Shown here: positions 27,533 through 38,750 of the stretch, one piece after another | How the letters are laid out: every line of letters begins with the position of its first letter | How positions within the stretch are numbered: the first letter of the stretch is position 1 | From: Macrostomum lignano | Lineage: Eukaryota | Length of the DNA: 64,000 nucleotides | NCBI GenBank assembly: GCA_002269645.1 | Contig: NIVC01002991.1 | Span: 62,922 to 126,921 of the forward strand | Direction of reading: 5' to 3' | Notes under the pieces: model-generated | Told to the model about the DNA's origin: nothing | Seen by the model: the letters and a program-made list of their open reading frames with translations, nothing else | Databases searched by the model: none | Program-made: the position numbers and the translations under genes

Positions 27533-28534
27533 TTTTTAAAAAGTCTTTTAGTTTTCCTGACGTTGAAAAGCTTTAATTAAAAAAATTATACTCTATGAAA
27601 ATTCGAACCATCGTCGCTGCATTTGGAAGTTCAGTTTGTTCACCTCTAGGCTAGCTCTCATCGTTTTGATAACATCAAATTTTGCACTTATATAATTCAA
27701 CACTTTAAAATCCAAGCATAGAGTAAATCACACGAAGCAGTTATGACATAATCAGTTTCTCAGTCAGTCAGTATCAGTTAACAATTATGGTTACGCAATT
27801 TAAATCAAGTCTGTGCTACGCTTCCACACTGCATTTTCAATTCAAGTCGGAGTTACAATTCAGTTATGATGCAATCTATTTCAGAATCAGAATTCAACCA
27901 GTCAGTTTTTTCTCTAGCATTCTTACAATGCATTTCAAGTCGAAAAGTTTGCTTGACCTTTGCAAAAAAGCATGTTTTTCGAATATTTAATGCCTTTAGC
28001 ATCGAGCAATTTCTTAGCCACGATGCATGTACCGTCACGGGAAAATTTCTGATCGAACAGTGCAAGTCTCATAAAAATCGGTTAAGCCATTTTTTCTCTA
28101 ATCGATTACAAGCAAGCAAGATTAAACATAACACCTATACATATACGCTCGTATTAGTTCCATTGTTAATTGTTTGATTGCATAATTCGTCCACGTCTAT
28201 GCTGAACATTCATAGAATACGAGCGTACTTGTATAGGAGATTCATTATGCATAAATTGTTGTGTTTAGATTACTGTAAAACTATAATTACTATTGTTCCT
28301 CTTTTAACAATTGATCTGATGCAGCACAGGTGTTGATTGGATGAAGGTTTTGGCTGGTATAAAATAATTCAGCATTTATATGTATACAACTGCAAGCTCA
28401 CCTCAAATTTTTCATGGCGTGAATTTGCTCAGCATGTTTCTGAACTAATTTAGAGCATTGTTTGTTTTTATATATTGTTAAACTTTACTATTATGTGTTT
28501 TGCTGTTTTGGGGGGTTGAGGTACGCTGTGTTCG

Positions 28535-28965
28535 AGGGCGCCGTTCTGAGGTTTTGGGGGCTTCGTTTTGGGGCGCCGTTTTGGGGGGTGCTGTTCTGGG
28601 GTGCCATTTCAGAGACGTGGTTTTTAGGGCGCCGTTTTGGAGGCGCCGTTTTGGAGGCGCCGTTTTAGAGGCGCCATTTTGGAGTCGCCGTCTTGGAGGC
28701 GCTGTTCTGGGGCGCCGATTTGGAGGCGCTGTTCTGGGGCGCCGTTTTGGAGTCGTCGTTTTGGGGGCTTTGTTTTGGGGCGCCGTTTTAGAGGCACCGT
28801 TTTGGGGGCGCCGTTCGGAGACGCCATTTTTAAGGCGCCGTTTTGGAGGCGTAGTTTTTTGGGCTCCGTTTTGGAGGCGCCGTTCTGGGACGCCGTTTTG
28901 GAGGCGCCATTTTTGGGGCGCCTTTTTTGAGGCGCCGTTTTGGAGGCGTCGTTTTGGTGGCGCTG
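28535..28965. repeat. 14-bp minisatellite
   Basis: GGCGCCGTTTTGGA-type degenerate units. Confidence 0.9.
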
Positions 28966-30274
28966 CTCTGCGGGCCCTGTTCTGTTTGGGGTTACTTTGT
29001 GGAATCGAACCTGGGACTTTAATCGGTGGCGCGAGAATTGTTCTATTAATCAGTTCCTCGCTCTTTCAGTTTGTATCCAAGCAGAACGCAGCATCTTTTT
29101 GAGCAAGTTAAGATGAAGCCCCAATAGGAAGGCGGGATATGTGTAACGTGCACTTTGAACTTTTGCTTTAACCGAAAGTTGAAACCTTTAAGGTTCTTTA
29201 CAAACTATATTTAGTACACATTATACTGATTGTAAGCACGCGCTAATAGTTCATCATCTTGAGCTTTTTTGATCATTCTGCCATATTTTTTAGTTCTTTT
29301 TTCTCAATCCTCCTCTGAGAATCGAGTACTCATTTCTCATGGGAATTTCTTAGAAAGTCTTCACAGACAGAGGGCTGCTTGGGTGGAGCAGAACCTGCTG
29401 AGGGGAGCAGACAGAGGCTGGCTGCCCTGCCAGCCAACCAGACTAGCCCTGCTCCCTCAGCCAAGGCTCCTCATTGGCTGAGCTCTGAGCGATGGAGCCT
29501 CACAGCCGCCCCTAACACCTTTCCTCACAGAAGGAACAGCGCCCACTGGTCCGCACCGCGACCCCCGCTCCTCCCCGCCTCTCGCCTCCTCTTGTGCCTA
29601 CACAAAATCCCCACTTAATCCTCTCCTCGCTTCTTCGACAGGAAGACAGGAAAACACAAATCATTTTTATCTGGCATTTCTCCTCGGCCAACTCTGCCGC
29701 GGTCTGTCAGTCCAGCCTTCAGCTCCCCATCAGTCTAATTCATTATCCTCCGATCCGCCTTACCTGAGCTGCTCGCATCCCCTGTTTATCAGCTCGGACT
29801 CCGCCTGCCGCACACGCCAAGGTAAGCCTGCTAATCCTCAGGGCTCGCCGCAGCCGCTGTTTAGAAATTTTCCCCTTCACAATGCGAGGATAATCCGGCC
29901 TGCAAGCTGGATTATAATCCCCCCGCTGGCACCCCCCCCCCCCCCCCTGAATCAGCTGAGCTGCAAATGAGGAAGCAGATTTCTTCCTCAGATATGCCCG
30001 TCCGTACCTCTCTGCTGTGCTCAGAGACAATAAGGATAAATTATTATCGCTAGGCTTGGTTAGGTGAAGATTTCTCAATCCGACTAGAGACTGGTCTTAG
30101 CTGCTCACGATTCATGAGCTGATGTAGTTGTGTGCTCAATAAGGGTCTGAGGGGGGACACGGGGATTTGTGACCGATTAGGGGCCAGAAGATTAGCACTG
30201 CTTGAGCCCCAGCTCAAAGGCCTTCAGGATTGGGGTGGGTGGGTGAGGAGTAAGCCAAGGCCCTGCATGGGTTT

Positions 30275-30416
30275 TATATAAATATCCGAAGAAGCTGGGG
30301 ATGCAGGGAGAGATGGAGCTATAGTTGCTCAGCATTCAGAACAGAGGCGAGTCTTGCTCCAAGTCTATGTTAAACGGCTCCGATAAAATGATAGCCAGAT
30401 TTAACAGTCGGTGAGT
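30275..30416 (+). promoter_or_regulatory. Putative TATA box and non-coding first exon of Otx copy A
   Basis: TATATAAA at 30275-30282, donor CG|GTGAGT at 30410/30411, and acceptor TTCTACAG|GAAATG at 31130/31131 just before the ATG. The pairing is inferred. Confidence 0.4.
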
Positions 30417-31014
30417 CCTCGTGAGCACAGCTGCATTAAGACATTGCAATCTCTTTTACAAGCGTAGGTATCAGAGTTTGGAAATTTCAGAAACTTTCGA
30501 AATTTCTCGTCTCCCCCAGAAAGTTTCCATGCCCAGCGCCTCTCGCCATGCAGGTTTTTCATCTTTAGCAACTCGACTGATACTCGATAGCCAGCAACTC
30601 CCAGTGGGAAGTCTCATTCCCCCCCCCCCCCAGCTCATGCCTCGGGTCTCGAGCTCGATGGGGAATTGTCGGCATATAACAGCAGCTAAAATGCATGGTG
30701 TATGGGCGAAAATGGCGATGGGCGAGGAGGCGGCGAGCTCTGGAACCGGGCAAGCAGGGGGGAAACGACTAGGGCGAGGGCGAGGCAAAGGCGAGGCTTG
30801 GGGAGACAGACAAGGCACGCATTTTTCATCAACTTGTATCGGGAGACGGGGTGAATTATTTGGGTAGGAGAAAGGGGATTAAGAGGAGCCGGGAGGGGAT
30901 TAGCAAGCATGCAGGATTGGGATCTTCTTTAGCAGAGGAGAAGGGCGAAGCTTCATTTTCTTTCTTCGAAGCAGTTTGCTCAAATGAATCGGAAGTTGCT
31001 ATACTGAGCATGAA

Positions 31015-31100
31015 CAACGGCTTAGCAACGGCTTAGCAACAGCATAGCAACAGCATAGTTACAGCATAGTAACAGCATAGCAACAGCATAGCGACAGCAA
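31015..31100. repeat. 11-bp short tandem repeat
   Basis: (A/T)TAGCAACAGC-type units, about 7 copies, just upstream of the Otx-A acceptor. Confidence 0.85.
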
Positions 31101-31133
31101 ATCATTCGTGCTCCCTAAACCTTTCTACAGGAA

Positions 31134-34100
31134 ATGGACTGGAACACAGCCTACCAGACTCAGACTCATCAGCAGCAGGCTCAGCTTCATCATCACCACC
31201 ACCAGCACCATCATAGTTTGGTTGGCCAGACTCAGTTTGGCTACCCGTTGCCCGACATGTCGAGCAGCGTCGGAGGCGGCATATTCGGATGCGGCAACGA
31301 CAGCGACTTGACTGTCGGTCTTGGCGGCGGCTCAGCTATCGGCGGATTTTCCACCGGAGCCACCTGCGGCTCTGGCGGCAGCGCCGGCGGCGGCGGTAGA
31401 GGCGACGGAATGCCTCTGCAGACAGCGGCGGCGGCGGCGGCGGCGGCCCAAGCGCATCACGAGATGCTGCAGCACCATCCGGCACTGTCTGCCTATGCAA
31501 GTGAGTTTGAAACAAGGGAAATAGGAGCCTAATATAGATTCGAGAGTTTTGGCGGTTGGTGCGGCCAGTTGAAGGAGCGGAGGTAGAGGCTTGAGCAGCT
31601 CACTGAAGGAGCGGGGGTAGAGGCTTGAGCAGCTCACTGAAGGAGCGGGGGTAGAGGCTTGAGCAGCTCACTGAAGGAGCGGGGGTAGAGGCTTGAGCAG
31701 CTCACTGAAGGAGCGGGGGTAGAGGCTTGAGCAGCTCACTGAAGAAGCGGGGGTAGCGGATTGAGCAGCTCACTGAAGGAGCGGGGGTAGCGGATTGAGC
31801 AGCTCACTGAAGGAGCGGAGGTAGCAGATTGAGCAGCTCACTGAAGAAGCGGGGGGTAGCGGATTGAGCAGCTCACTGAAGGAGCGGGGGTAGCGGATTG
31901 AGCAGCTCACTGAAGGAGCGGAGGTAGCGGATTGAGCAGCTCACTGAAGGAGCGGGGGTAGCGGATTGAGCAGCTCACTGAAGGAGCGGAGGTAGCAGAT
32001 TGAGCAGCTCACTGAAGAAGCGGGGGGTAGCGGATTGAGCAGCTCACTGAAGGAGCGGGGGTAGCGGATTGAGCAGCTCACTGAAGGAGCGGGGGTAGAG
32101 GCTTGAGCAGCTCACTGAAGGAGCGGGGGGTAGCGGATTGAGCAGCTCACTGAAGGAGCGGGTGTGGCGGATTGAGCAGCTCACTGAAGAAGCGGGGGTA
32201 GCGGATTGAGCAGCTCACTGAAGGAGCGGGTGTGGCGGATTGAGCAGCTCACTGAAGGAGCGGAGGTAGCGGATTGAGCAGCTCACTGAAGGAGCGGAGG
32301 TAGAGGATTGAGCAGCTCACTGAAGGAGCGGGGGGTAGCGGATTAAGCAGCTCACTGAAGAAGCGGAGGTAGAGGATTCAGAGGCCTGTGAATTAGAAAA
32401 CACTTCAAGAAGTCTCTAGTAAGTTTCCAGAACAGGTCAAGGTTGAGGCTGAATGTTGTCAACACACCTCGAAAGGAAAGCGATCACATCTTCTAACTGA
32501 AATAATTGCTTCGGGGCATTTATTTGCTGCTATTAACTTGATTACCTTACCGCCTCCGCCCTCAGCCATCTTTCTCGATACTCAGCTTGATTAAACCGAA
32601 AATCCAGTCCGTATCCCCTACTACCTGTAATCCCCCCACTCGATGCAACTATTACTTTTTACTCACAGAAAATCCGCCTCGAGGCGGCTATAGGAGAAAA
32701 TGAAAGATTTCGTCAACACAAAGAAATGCTCGCGGTCATTGAGCACAGGCGCTGGCTGCATCAGGCCGAATCCATCACTGACCACCTGAGTGCCGCGTTC
32801 AATGGAATGCTCAGATTCATGAGCATACTTGACTGCTCTATAGGGGGGGGGGGGGGGGAGGCCAATCCGACCTTTCAGAGCGCCCGACACGCGACCCCCC
32901 CAGCCTCTCGCGTGGATGCGAAAGAATTTTATTTGGCTACAAAGGGGCGCGCCTGTCTGTATAGAGAATAATCCCAGCGGATTGAAGGTCTGCTTTGAAT
33001 GCTGCAGATTAAAACAAAACGGCGCGGCCCCCCCACCCGCCGGGCTCGCCGAGCCGAGAGAATTCGAGAGGGGGCGGCTGCGGCTCCCCGCTGCTTGTTG
33101 GCCCACCTGGGGCAGCTGCTCAGACACGAAAGGCAGTGCGTGTAACACAACTGAACTCAACCCATTAGCGCCATTTTCTCAAGCCCGAACGCAACCCCAT
33201 CGGATTAACTTTGCAGCCCCTGTGCGCAAGCAGCGGCGCGAGAGGACCACCTTCACCAGGGCGCAGCTGCAGATCCTGGAGGAGCTGTTCGGCAAGACCA
33301 AGTACCCGGACATCTTCATGCGCGAGGAGGTGGCGCTGCGGATCAACCTGCCGGAGTCGCGGGTGCAGGTCTGGTTCAAGAACCGCCGGGCCAAGCAGCG
33401 CCAGCAGCAGAAGCAGAAAGAGGCCGGCGAGAAGGCCGCCCACTGCGGCGTGTCGGCCGCCTCCGCCGGACAGCCGGTCGGACACGCCGGACACGCCGGA
33501 CACGCTGGACACGCCGGACACGCCGGACACGCCGGACACGGAGCGAAGGCCGTCTCCGTCTCGGCTTCCGCCGCGCCGCTGGCCGGAGGCTCCGCACTCG
33601 CCGCCGCCACCGCTGCCGCTGCGGCCGCTGCCGCCAACATCGGCGGCGGAGGCGGCGGCGCCGGCATCGACATGGCCGGCTGCCTCCACGACGCCGGCGG
33701 TGGCGCTGTCAAGTGCGAGGACGTCGACTCGAGCAGCCCGTCGCCCGCCAAGACGCTCAGCCTGCCCGGCTCGGCCGAGGCCTCCAAGCGCAGCCCCGCC
33801 GTCTCCGCCAACGGCCACGCCGCCGCCGCGGCTGCCGCTGCCGCGCACTTCCTCACCGACTCTACCGGACACTCCGGCGCCGCCGGCTGGGGCGCCTCGG
33901 CCGCCGGACGCCTCGCCGGACCCAACAGCCCGACTGACGGCGGCTCCGCCTACGCCACCTGCGTTCAGCAGCAGCACCGCAGCGCTGCCGCAGCCGCAGC
34001 CGCCGCGGCCGCTGCCGCTGCCTACCACAACCAGACCTACGGACAGTACAGCGCTACAGGCTACCCTCCGTATGACTACCTGCGACCTGCTGCCTACCCG

Positions 34101-34160
34101 CAGCAGCCGCCAGACTATGACTATCAGGGCTGGTCATCGCGCAAGCTGCAGCTGCTGTAG
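31134..34160 (+). CDS. Otx: Otx/orthodenticle K50 homeobox protein, copy A (2 coding exons, about 436 aa)
   Basis: Exon 31134-31500 (donor GCAA|GTGAGT, phase 1) plus exon 33217-34160 (acceptor TTGCAG|CC). The junction reads [21 protein letters not shown]...WFKNRRAK, an Otx-type homeodomain with K50. The C-terminus [15 protein letters not shown] resembles the Otx tail. Confidence 0.93.
31560..32385. repeat. 34-bp minisatellite in the Otx-A intron
   Basis: GAGCAGCTCACTGAAGGAGCGGGGGTAGCGGATT, about 24 copies. Confidence 0.95.
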
Positions 34161-37131
34161 CTCACTGACTTTAGCAGGAATATTCCATATATAGTCCGGC
34201 CTAAACAGTCTCTGTGTATTAATTAATAAGCTTATCTGGATTTGTATGCTGCATGCCTCCGCCACCGTTTTCTTACCGATCATTGAAATTCTGGCCCCAA
34301 TGCAGAAGAAAAATGCTTGGCTGTTACATGTAAGCCTCTTCAGTCTCCCTATATATTTGTTTTTGTAATTTCCTTCTCTGAATTTTGCATAGTATTGCAA
34401 CTTTTCTCACTAAAATGTAGCGTATAAAAATTGAAGAATAGCTTACCGCCTGTGTTCGTGCTCTGATCCTTAGTCTGCCGCAAATATATTTGCTCGTCTG
34501 TTAACAATATTTAATGTGCTTTTTGTCGCTTCGTTTCAGTTTGCTGCGTTGCTTGGATTGATTGGCATACTGGCTGTTGGAGGTTGTTTGAGGCTGTTTG
34601 AGAGCTGTTTGAGGTTGTTTGGAGCTGTTTGAGAGCTTTTTGAGGTTGTTTGGGGCTGTTTGAGAGCTGTTTGTGGTTGTTTGAGGCTGTTTGAGAGCTG
34701 TTTGAGGTTGTTTGGGGCTGTTTGAGAGCTGTTTGAGGTTGTTTGGGGCTGTTTGAGAGCTGTTTGTGGCTGTTTGAGAGCTGTTTGAGGTTGTTTGGGG
34801 CTGTTTAAGAGCTGTTTGAGGTTGTTTGGGGCTGTTTGAGAGCTGTTTGAGGTTGTTTGGGGCTGTTTGAGAGCTGTTTGAGGTTGTTTGGGGCTGTTTG
34901 AGAGCTGTTTGAGGTTGTTTGGGGCTGTTTGAGAGCTGTTTGAGGTTGTTTGGGGCTGTTTGAGAGCTGTTTGAGGTTGTTTGGGGCTGTTTGAGAGCTG
35001 TTTGAGGTTTTTGAGAGCTGTTTGAGGTTGTTTGGGGTTGTTTGGGGCTGTTTTAGAGCTGTTTGAGGTTGTTTGGGGCTGTTTGAGAGCTGTTTGAGGT
35101 TGTTTGGGGCTGTTTGAGAGCTGTTTGAGGTTTTTGAGAGCTGTTTGAGGTTGTTTGGGGTTGTTTGGGGCTGTTTTAGAGCTGTTTGAGGTTGTTTGGG
35201 GCTGTTTGAGAGCTGTTTGGGGTTGTTTGGGGCTGTTTTAGAGCTGTTTGAGGTTGTTTGGGGGGGCTGTTTACAGGGGTTGTTTGGGGGGTTGTTGGAG
35301 GTCTGTTTGTGGGTTTGTTTGAGAGTCTTTTGGAGGCTGTTTGGGGGCCTGTTTGGGGCCTGTTTGGGGGCCGTTTGGGGGTCTTTCTGGGGGCTGTTTG
35401 GGGGCTGTTTGGGGGCTGTTGGGGGGCTGTTTGTGGGCTGTTTTAGGGCTGTTTGGGGTTCTGTTTAGGGGCTGTTTGTGGGCTGTTTGAGGGCTGTTTG
35501 GGGGCTGTTTGGGGCGCTGTTCTAAGACTAGAATTTTTCTGACGCTATACTTTTAACAAAAAAACGAACTACAACTGAAATGCATCCGTCTTATATAGTT
35601 ATTCTTAAACATACAGTATTAGTTTTCATTGCTCAATATATATTTCAAATAGATATATATGTATATATACTTGCATTTCGCACTTATAAAAATCAGTTTT
35701 ATTGTTAACCAGTTGCCTAGATTCTGTCTTTATGCAGAATGATTTAAATTTAGAGACGCCACAAAGCGGTGCATAGCTACAGGCCTTTACTAAACATTGA
35801 CAGTTCTGGACAATCTGCAGAGACAGATGCTTAAAAACATGTTTAAATTTCTAATTTTAACAAACAGAGAGACCAGAGTGACAGGTGTGAGTAAAGTAAG
35901 TAATATCGCAGAAATTCGTGCCAGAAGCTATAATAATTACTGTCTACAAGGAGAGCATTTAAACAAAATTTAAACAATAATAACTACACTTATTTAGAAC
36001 GCATTCCTATGGCTGTACATATTGCTCATCGCTAGGGGACTCGAACGCATAAGGAGAATATATAGAAAAGCTTAATAGTGAAATCCCGGATGAAAACCCG
36101 ACACAAAAACGGTTTGCACTTTGACGCAAAGTCCCAACAATGACCGAACAATAAATCATTAATCCGATATCGATCAAGTGTCAAAGAGTTCACAGCAGCT
36201 GCAGCTTGCGCGATGACCAGCCCTGATAGTCATAGTCTGGCGGCTGCTGCGGGTAGGCAGCAGGTCGCAGGTAGTCATACGGAGGGTAGCCTGTAGCGCT
36301 GTACTGTCCGTAGGTCTGGTTGTGGTAGGCAGCGGCAGCGGCCGCGGCGGCTGCGGCTGCGGCAGCGCTGCGGTGCTGCTGCTGAACGCAGGTGGCGTAG
36401 GCGGAGCCGCCGTCAGTCGGGCTGTTGGGTCCGGCGAGGCGTCCGGCGGCCGAGGCGCCCCAGCCGGCGGCGCCGGAGTGTCCGGTAGAGTCGGTGAGGA
36501 AGTGCGCGGCAGCGGCAGCCGCGGCGGCGGCGTGGCCGTTGGCGGAGACGGCGGGGCTGCGCTTGGAGGCCTCGGCCGAGCCGGGCAGGCTGAGCGTCTT
36601 GGCGGGCGACGGGCTGCTCGAGTCGACGTCCTCGCACTTGACAGCGCCACCGCCGGCGTCGTGGAGGCAGCCGGCCATGTCGATGCCGGCGCCGCCGCCT
36701 CCGCCGCCGATGTTGGCGGCAGCGGCCGCAGCGGCAGCGGTGGCGGCGGCGAGTGCGGAGCCTCCGGCCAGCGGCGCGGCGGAAGCCGAGACGGAGACGG
36801 CCTTCGCTCCGTGTCCGGCGTGTCCGGCATGTCCAGCGTGTCCAGCGTGTCCGGCGTGTCCGACCGGCTGTCCGGCGGAGGCGGCCGACACGCCGCAGTG
36901 GGCGGCCTTCTCGCCGGCCTCCTTCTGCTTCTGCTGCTGGCGCTGCTTGGCCCGGCGGTTCTTGAACCAGACCTGCACCCGCGACTCCGGCAGGTTGATC
37001 CGCAGCGCCACCTCCTCGCGCATGAAGATGTCCGGGTACTTGGTCTTGCCGAACAGCTCCTCCAGGATCTGCAGCTGCGCCCTGGTAAAGGTGGTCCTCT
37101 CGCGCCGCTGCTTGCGCACAGGGGCTGCAAA
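33210..37131. repeat. Inverted repeat with arms of about 940 bp and a 2.0-kb spacer (the two Otx second exons)
   Basis: 33210-34158 is the reverse complement of 37131-36192, apart from 2 synonymous substitutions and differences inside the GHA repeat (9-bp indel plus silent changes). Confidence 0.97.
34575..35520. repeat. 31-bp (10/11-mer compound) GT-rich minisatellite between the Otx genes
   Basis: GAGGTTGTTTGGGGCTGTTTGAGAGCTGTTT, degenerating to GGGGCTGTTT units. Confidence 0.95.
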
Positions 37132-37373
37132 TTGGAAAATGAAAACTTAGAGAAACTCGAGTTCGTCCTATGAATAGTGTGACAGAGTTCAGTCTTACTG
37201 GAGTAGGCGGTCAGGGCCGGATGATGGAGCATCTCGTGATGAGCCGGCGGTGTGGCGATCCCGACGCCCAGGTTGCCCATCATGGCGAAGCCCTGCTTGC
37301 CCAGTCCGCTGGCGCCTCCCGGATGCGGGTTATAATTGAACTGCGAGCCGTGGTGATAGCCGCTCCAGTCCAT
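36190..37373 (-). CDS. Otx: Otx/orthodenticle K50 homeobox protein, copy B (2 coding exons, about 369 aa)
   Basis: Exon 37373-37199 (MDWSGYHH...HPALTAYS, donor TCCA|GTAAGA), 74-bp intron 37198-37125, exon 37124-36190 with the same homeodomain and tail as copy A and a TGA stop. AATAAA on the minus strand at 35703-35698. Confidence 0.93.
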
Positions 37374-38740
37374 CGCTCTACAGCTGGAATGAAATCACCA
37401 AACCTATAGTTGGTATTCAGTTCCCGATTTGAAGAACGATGAAGAACACCGGCAGCTGCAGTTCTTGTGTCGATAAAATACTAAATAGAGAGCCAGAGAG
37501 GCCTGAGGCACGAGGAAACTTGAGCTCAGGACGATGGGTCCCACTGACACCGGGGCGAGTGGGGCGAGCGTGCGCCGAGTTAATGGGTCGGCCTCGGATT
37601 TCGGATAGACAGGTAGAGAGACGCAGACAGCGTATATGGGAGTTTTAGGGCGAGTGGCGTTGGGTGAAACTGTCGCTTGAACCCCACTCCCCCGTCACCT
37701 TCATCAGCACGGGCTGGGGGATCTCTAATCCCCAGCTGGAAAGAGGAGAGGCTGAGACTAAAAGCAGGCGGCCTGTCTGCAGGTGCACCACGCGGGGCCG
37801 CTGAACGGAGTTGCCGCATCGTAAGTCGAGTCGTCGCCATCGCGATGGATTTAGTAGGGGATTAGGGATATTCGGGTGGGGGCGGCGGGTCAGCGAGAGT
37901 TGGGGAACTTTCGGGACGGCCGATGGCTGTCAGAGGAGATGCTGAGGGGGGGGAAGTTTTAGCGAAATGGGAAGCCGAGTTTCGGAGCCCCATCGGAGCC
38001 ACCCCCCCCCCCTGTTGCCCCACCTGAGCTCGAGTTTGTCTTCTATTCATATTTTCCCTGCAATTGTCAGGGGAGAGACAAGCGGAGGATGGGCTCAAGC
38101 CATTTTTTTCATCAGCTGCCTCTCTCGCCCTGCTTTTGCCCCGTGTCTCCCGCCTCTTGCCCGGGGGCCCTGCCATTCGAATGGAAGGGATTAGCGAGAG
38201 GATTAAAGGACTGAAAACATGTCACTCTGATGGCCCGGGAGGGGTTGGGTGGGGTGGGTCGAGAGAGAGAAATAGAGGAAGGGAGCAGCGCCTGCAGCCC
38301 CCAGGGTGCAGAGACTGGAGACAAAAACTCGCTGGCGTAAGCAGCGACAGCTCGGCGCAGCTTCATCCCCAATGGCCTGCCCTCTCCCGTATAGCCGCAC
38401 AGGGTCTAAATAGGTTTTTCTTTTGCGCACGCAATTTCGGGATAAAAATGAACGGCGGTTTGCTAAAAATTTGTTAAAATCCGTTTTAAAACGGAATGAC
38501 GGAAAACAGAAGCTATGGAGATGAAGGCGGGACCCGGAGTCGAAGGGGGCGGAAATAGGGCGGATTTGTCGTAAAACTGGGCGGTAAGGGGCGGATTTAT
38601 TAATAAATAAGGAGGAAAACTTTATAATTAGAAATTTTACGAAACAAATGAGGCAAAAAATCTGTGGGAAGCAACAAAAATAGTAACCCAATTTGGTTGA
38701 GCAAAATGACCAGACAATGGGAGAATGCTGTTAAATCGAT

Positions 38741-38750
38741 ACTCACCTGA
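38741..38750 (-). promoter_or_regulatory. Candidate donor of a non-coding first exon of Otx-B
   Basis: Minus strand CAG|GTGAGT at 38747/38746, with tandem acceptors TTCCAG| (37383) and CTGTAG| (37377) before the ATG. The pairing is inferred. Confidence 0.4.

Noticed and set aside
28995-29065. B-box-like GGTTCGATTCC on the minus strand (29011-29001)
   Set aside because: No convincing A box or cloverleaf; at most a decayed SINE fragment, so not called as tRNA.
32916-33216. N-terminal extension of the 414-aa ORF (MRKNFIWL...)
   Set aside because: Intronic read-through upstream of the TTGCAG acceptor; the spliced exon 1 gives the Otx-like junction.
33165-37373. Alternative-frame and antisense ORFs over the Otx exons (287, 248, 327, 399, 283 and 241 aa)
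   Set aside because: Shadow frames of very GC-rich coding sequence. The 399-aa ORF is exon 1 of Otx-B read through the 74-bp intron.
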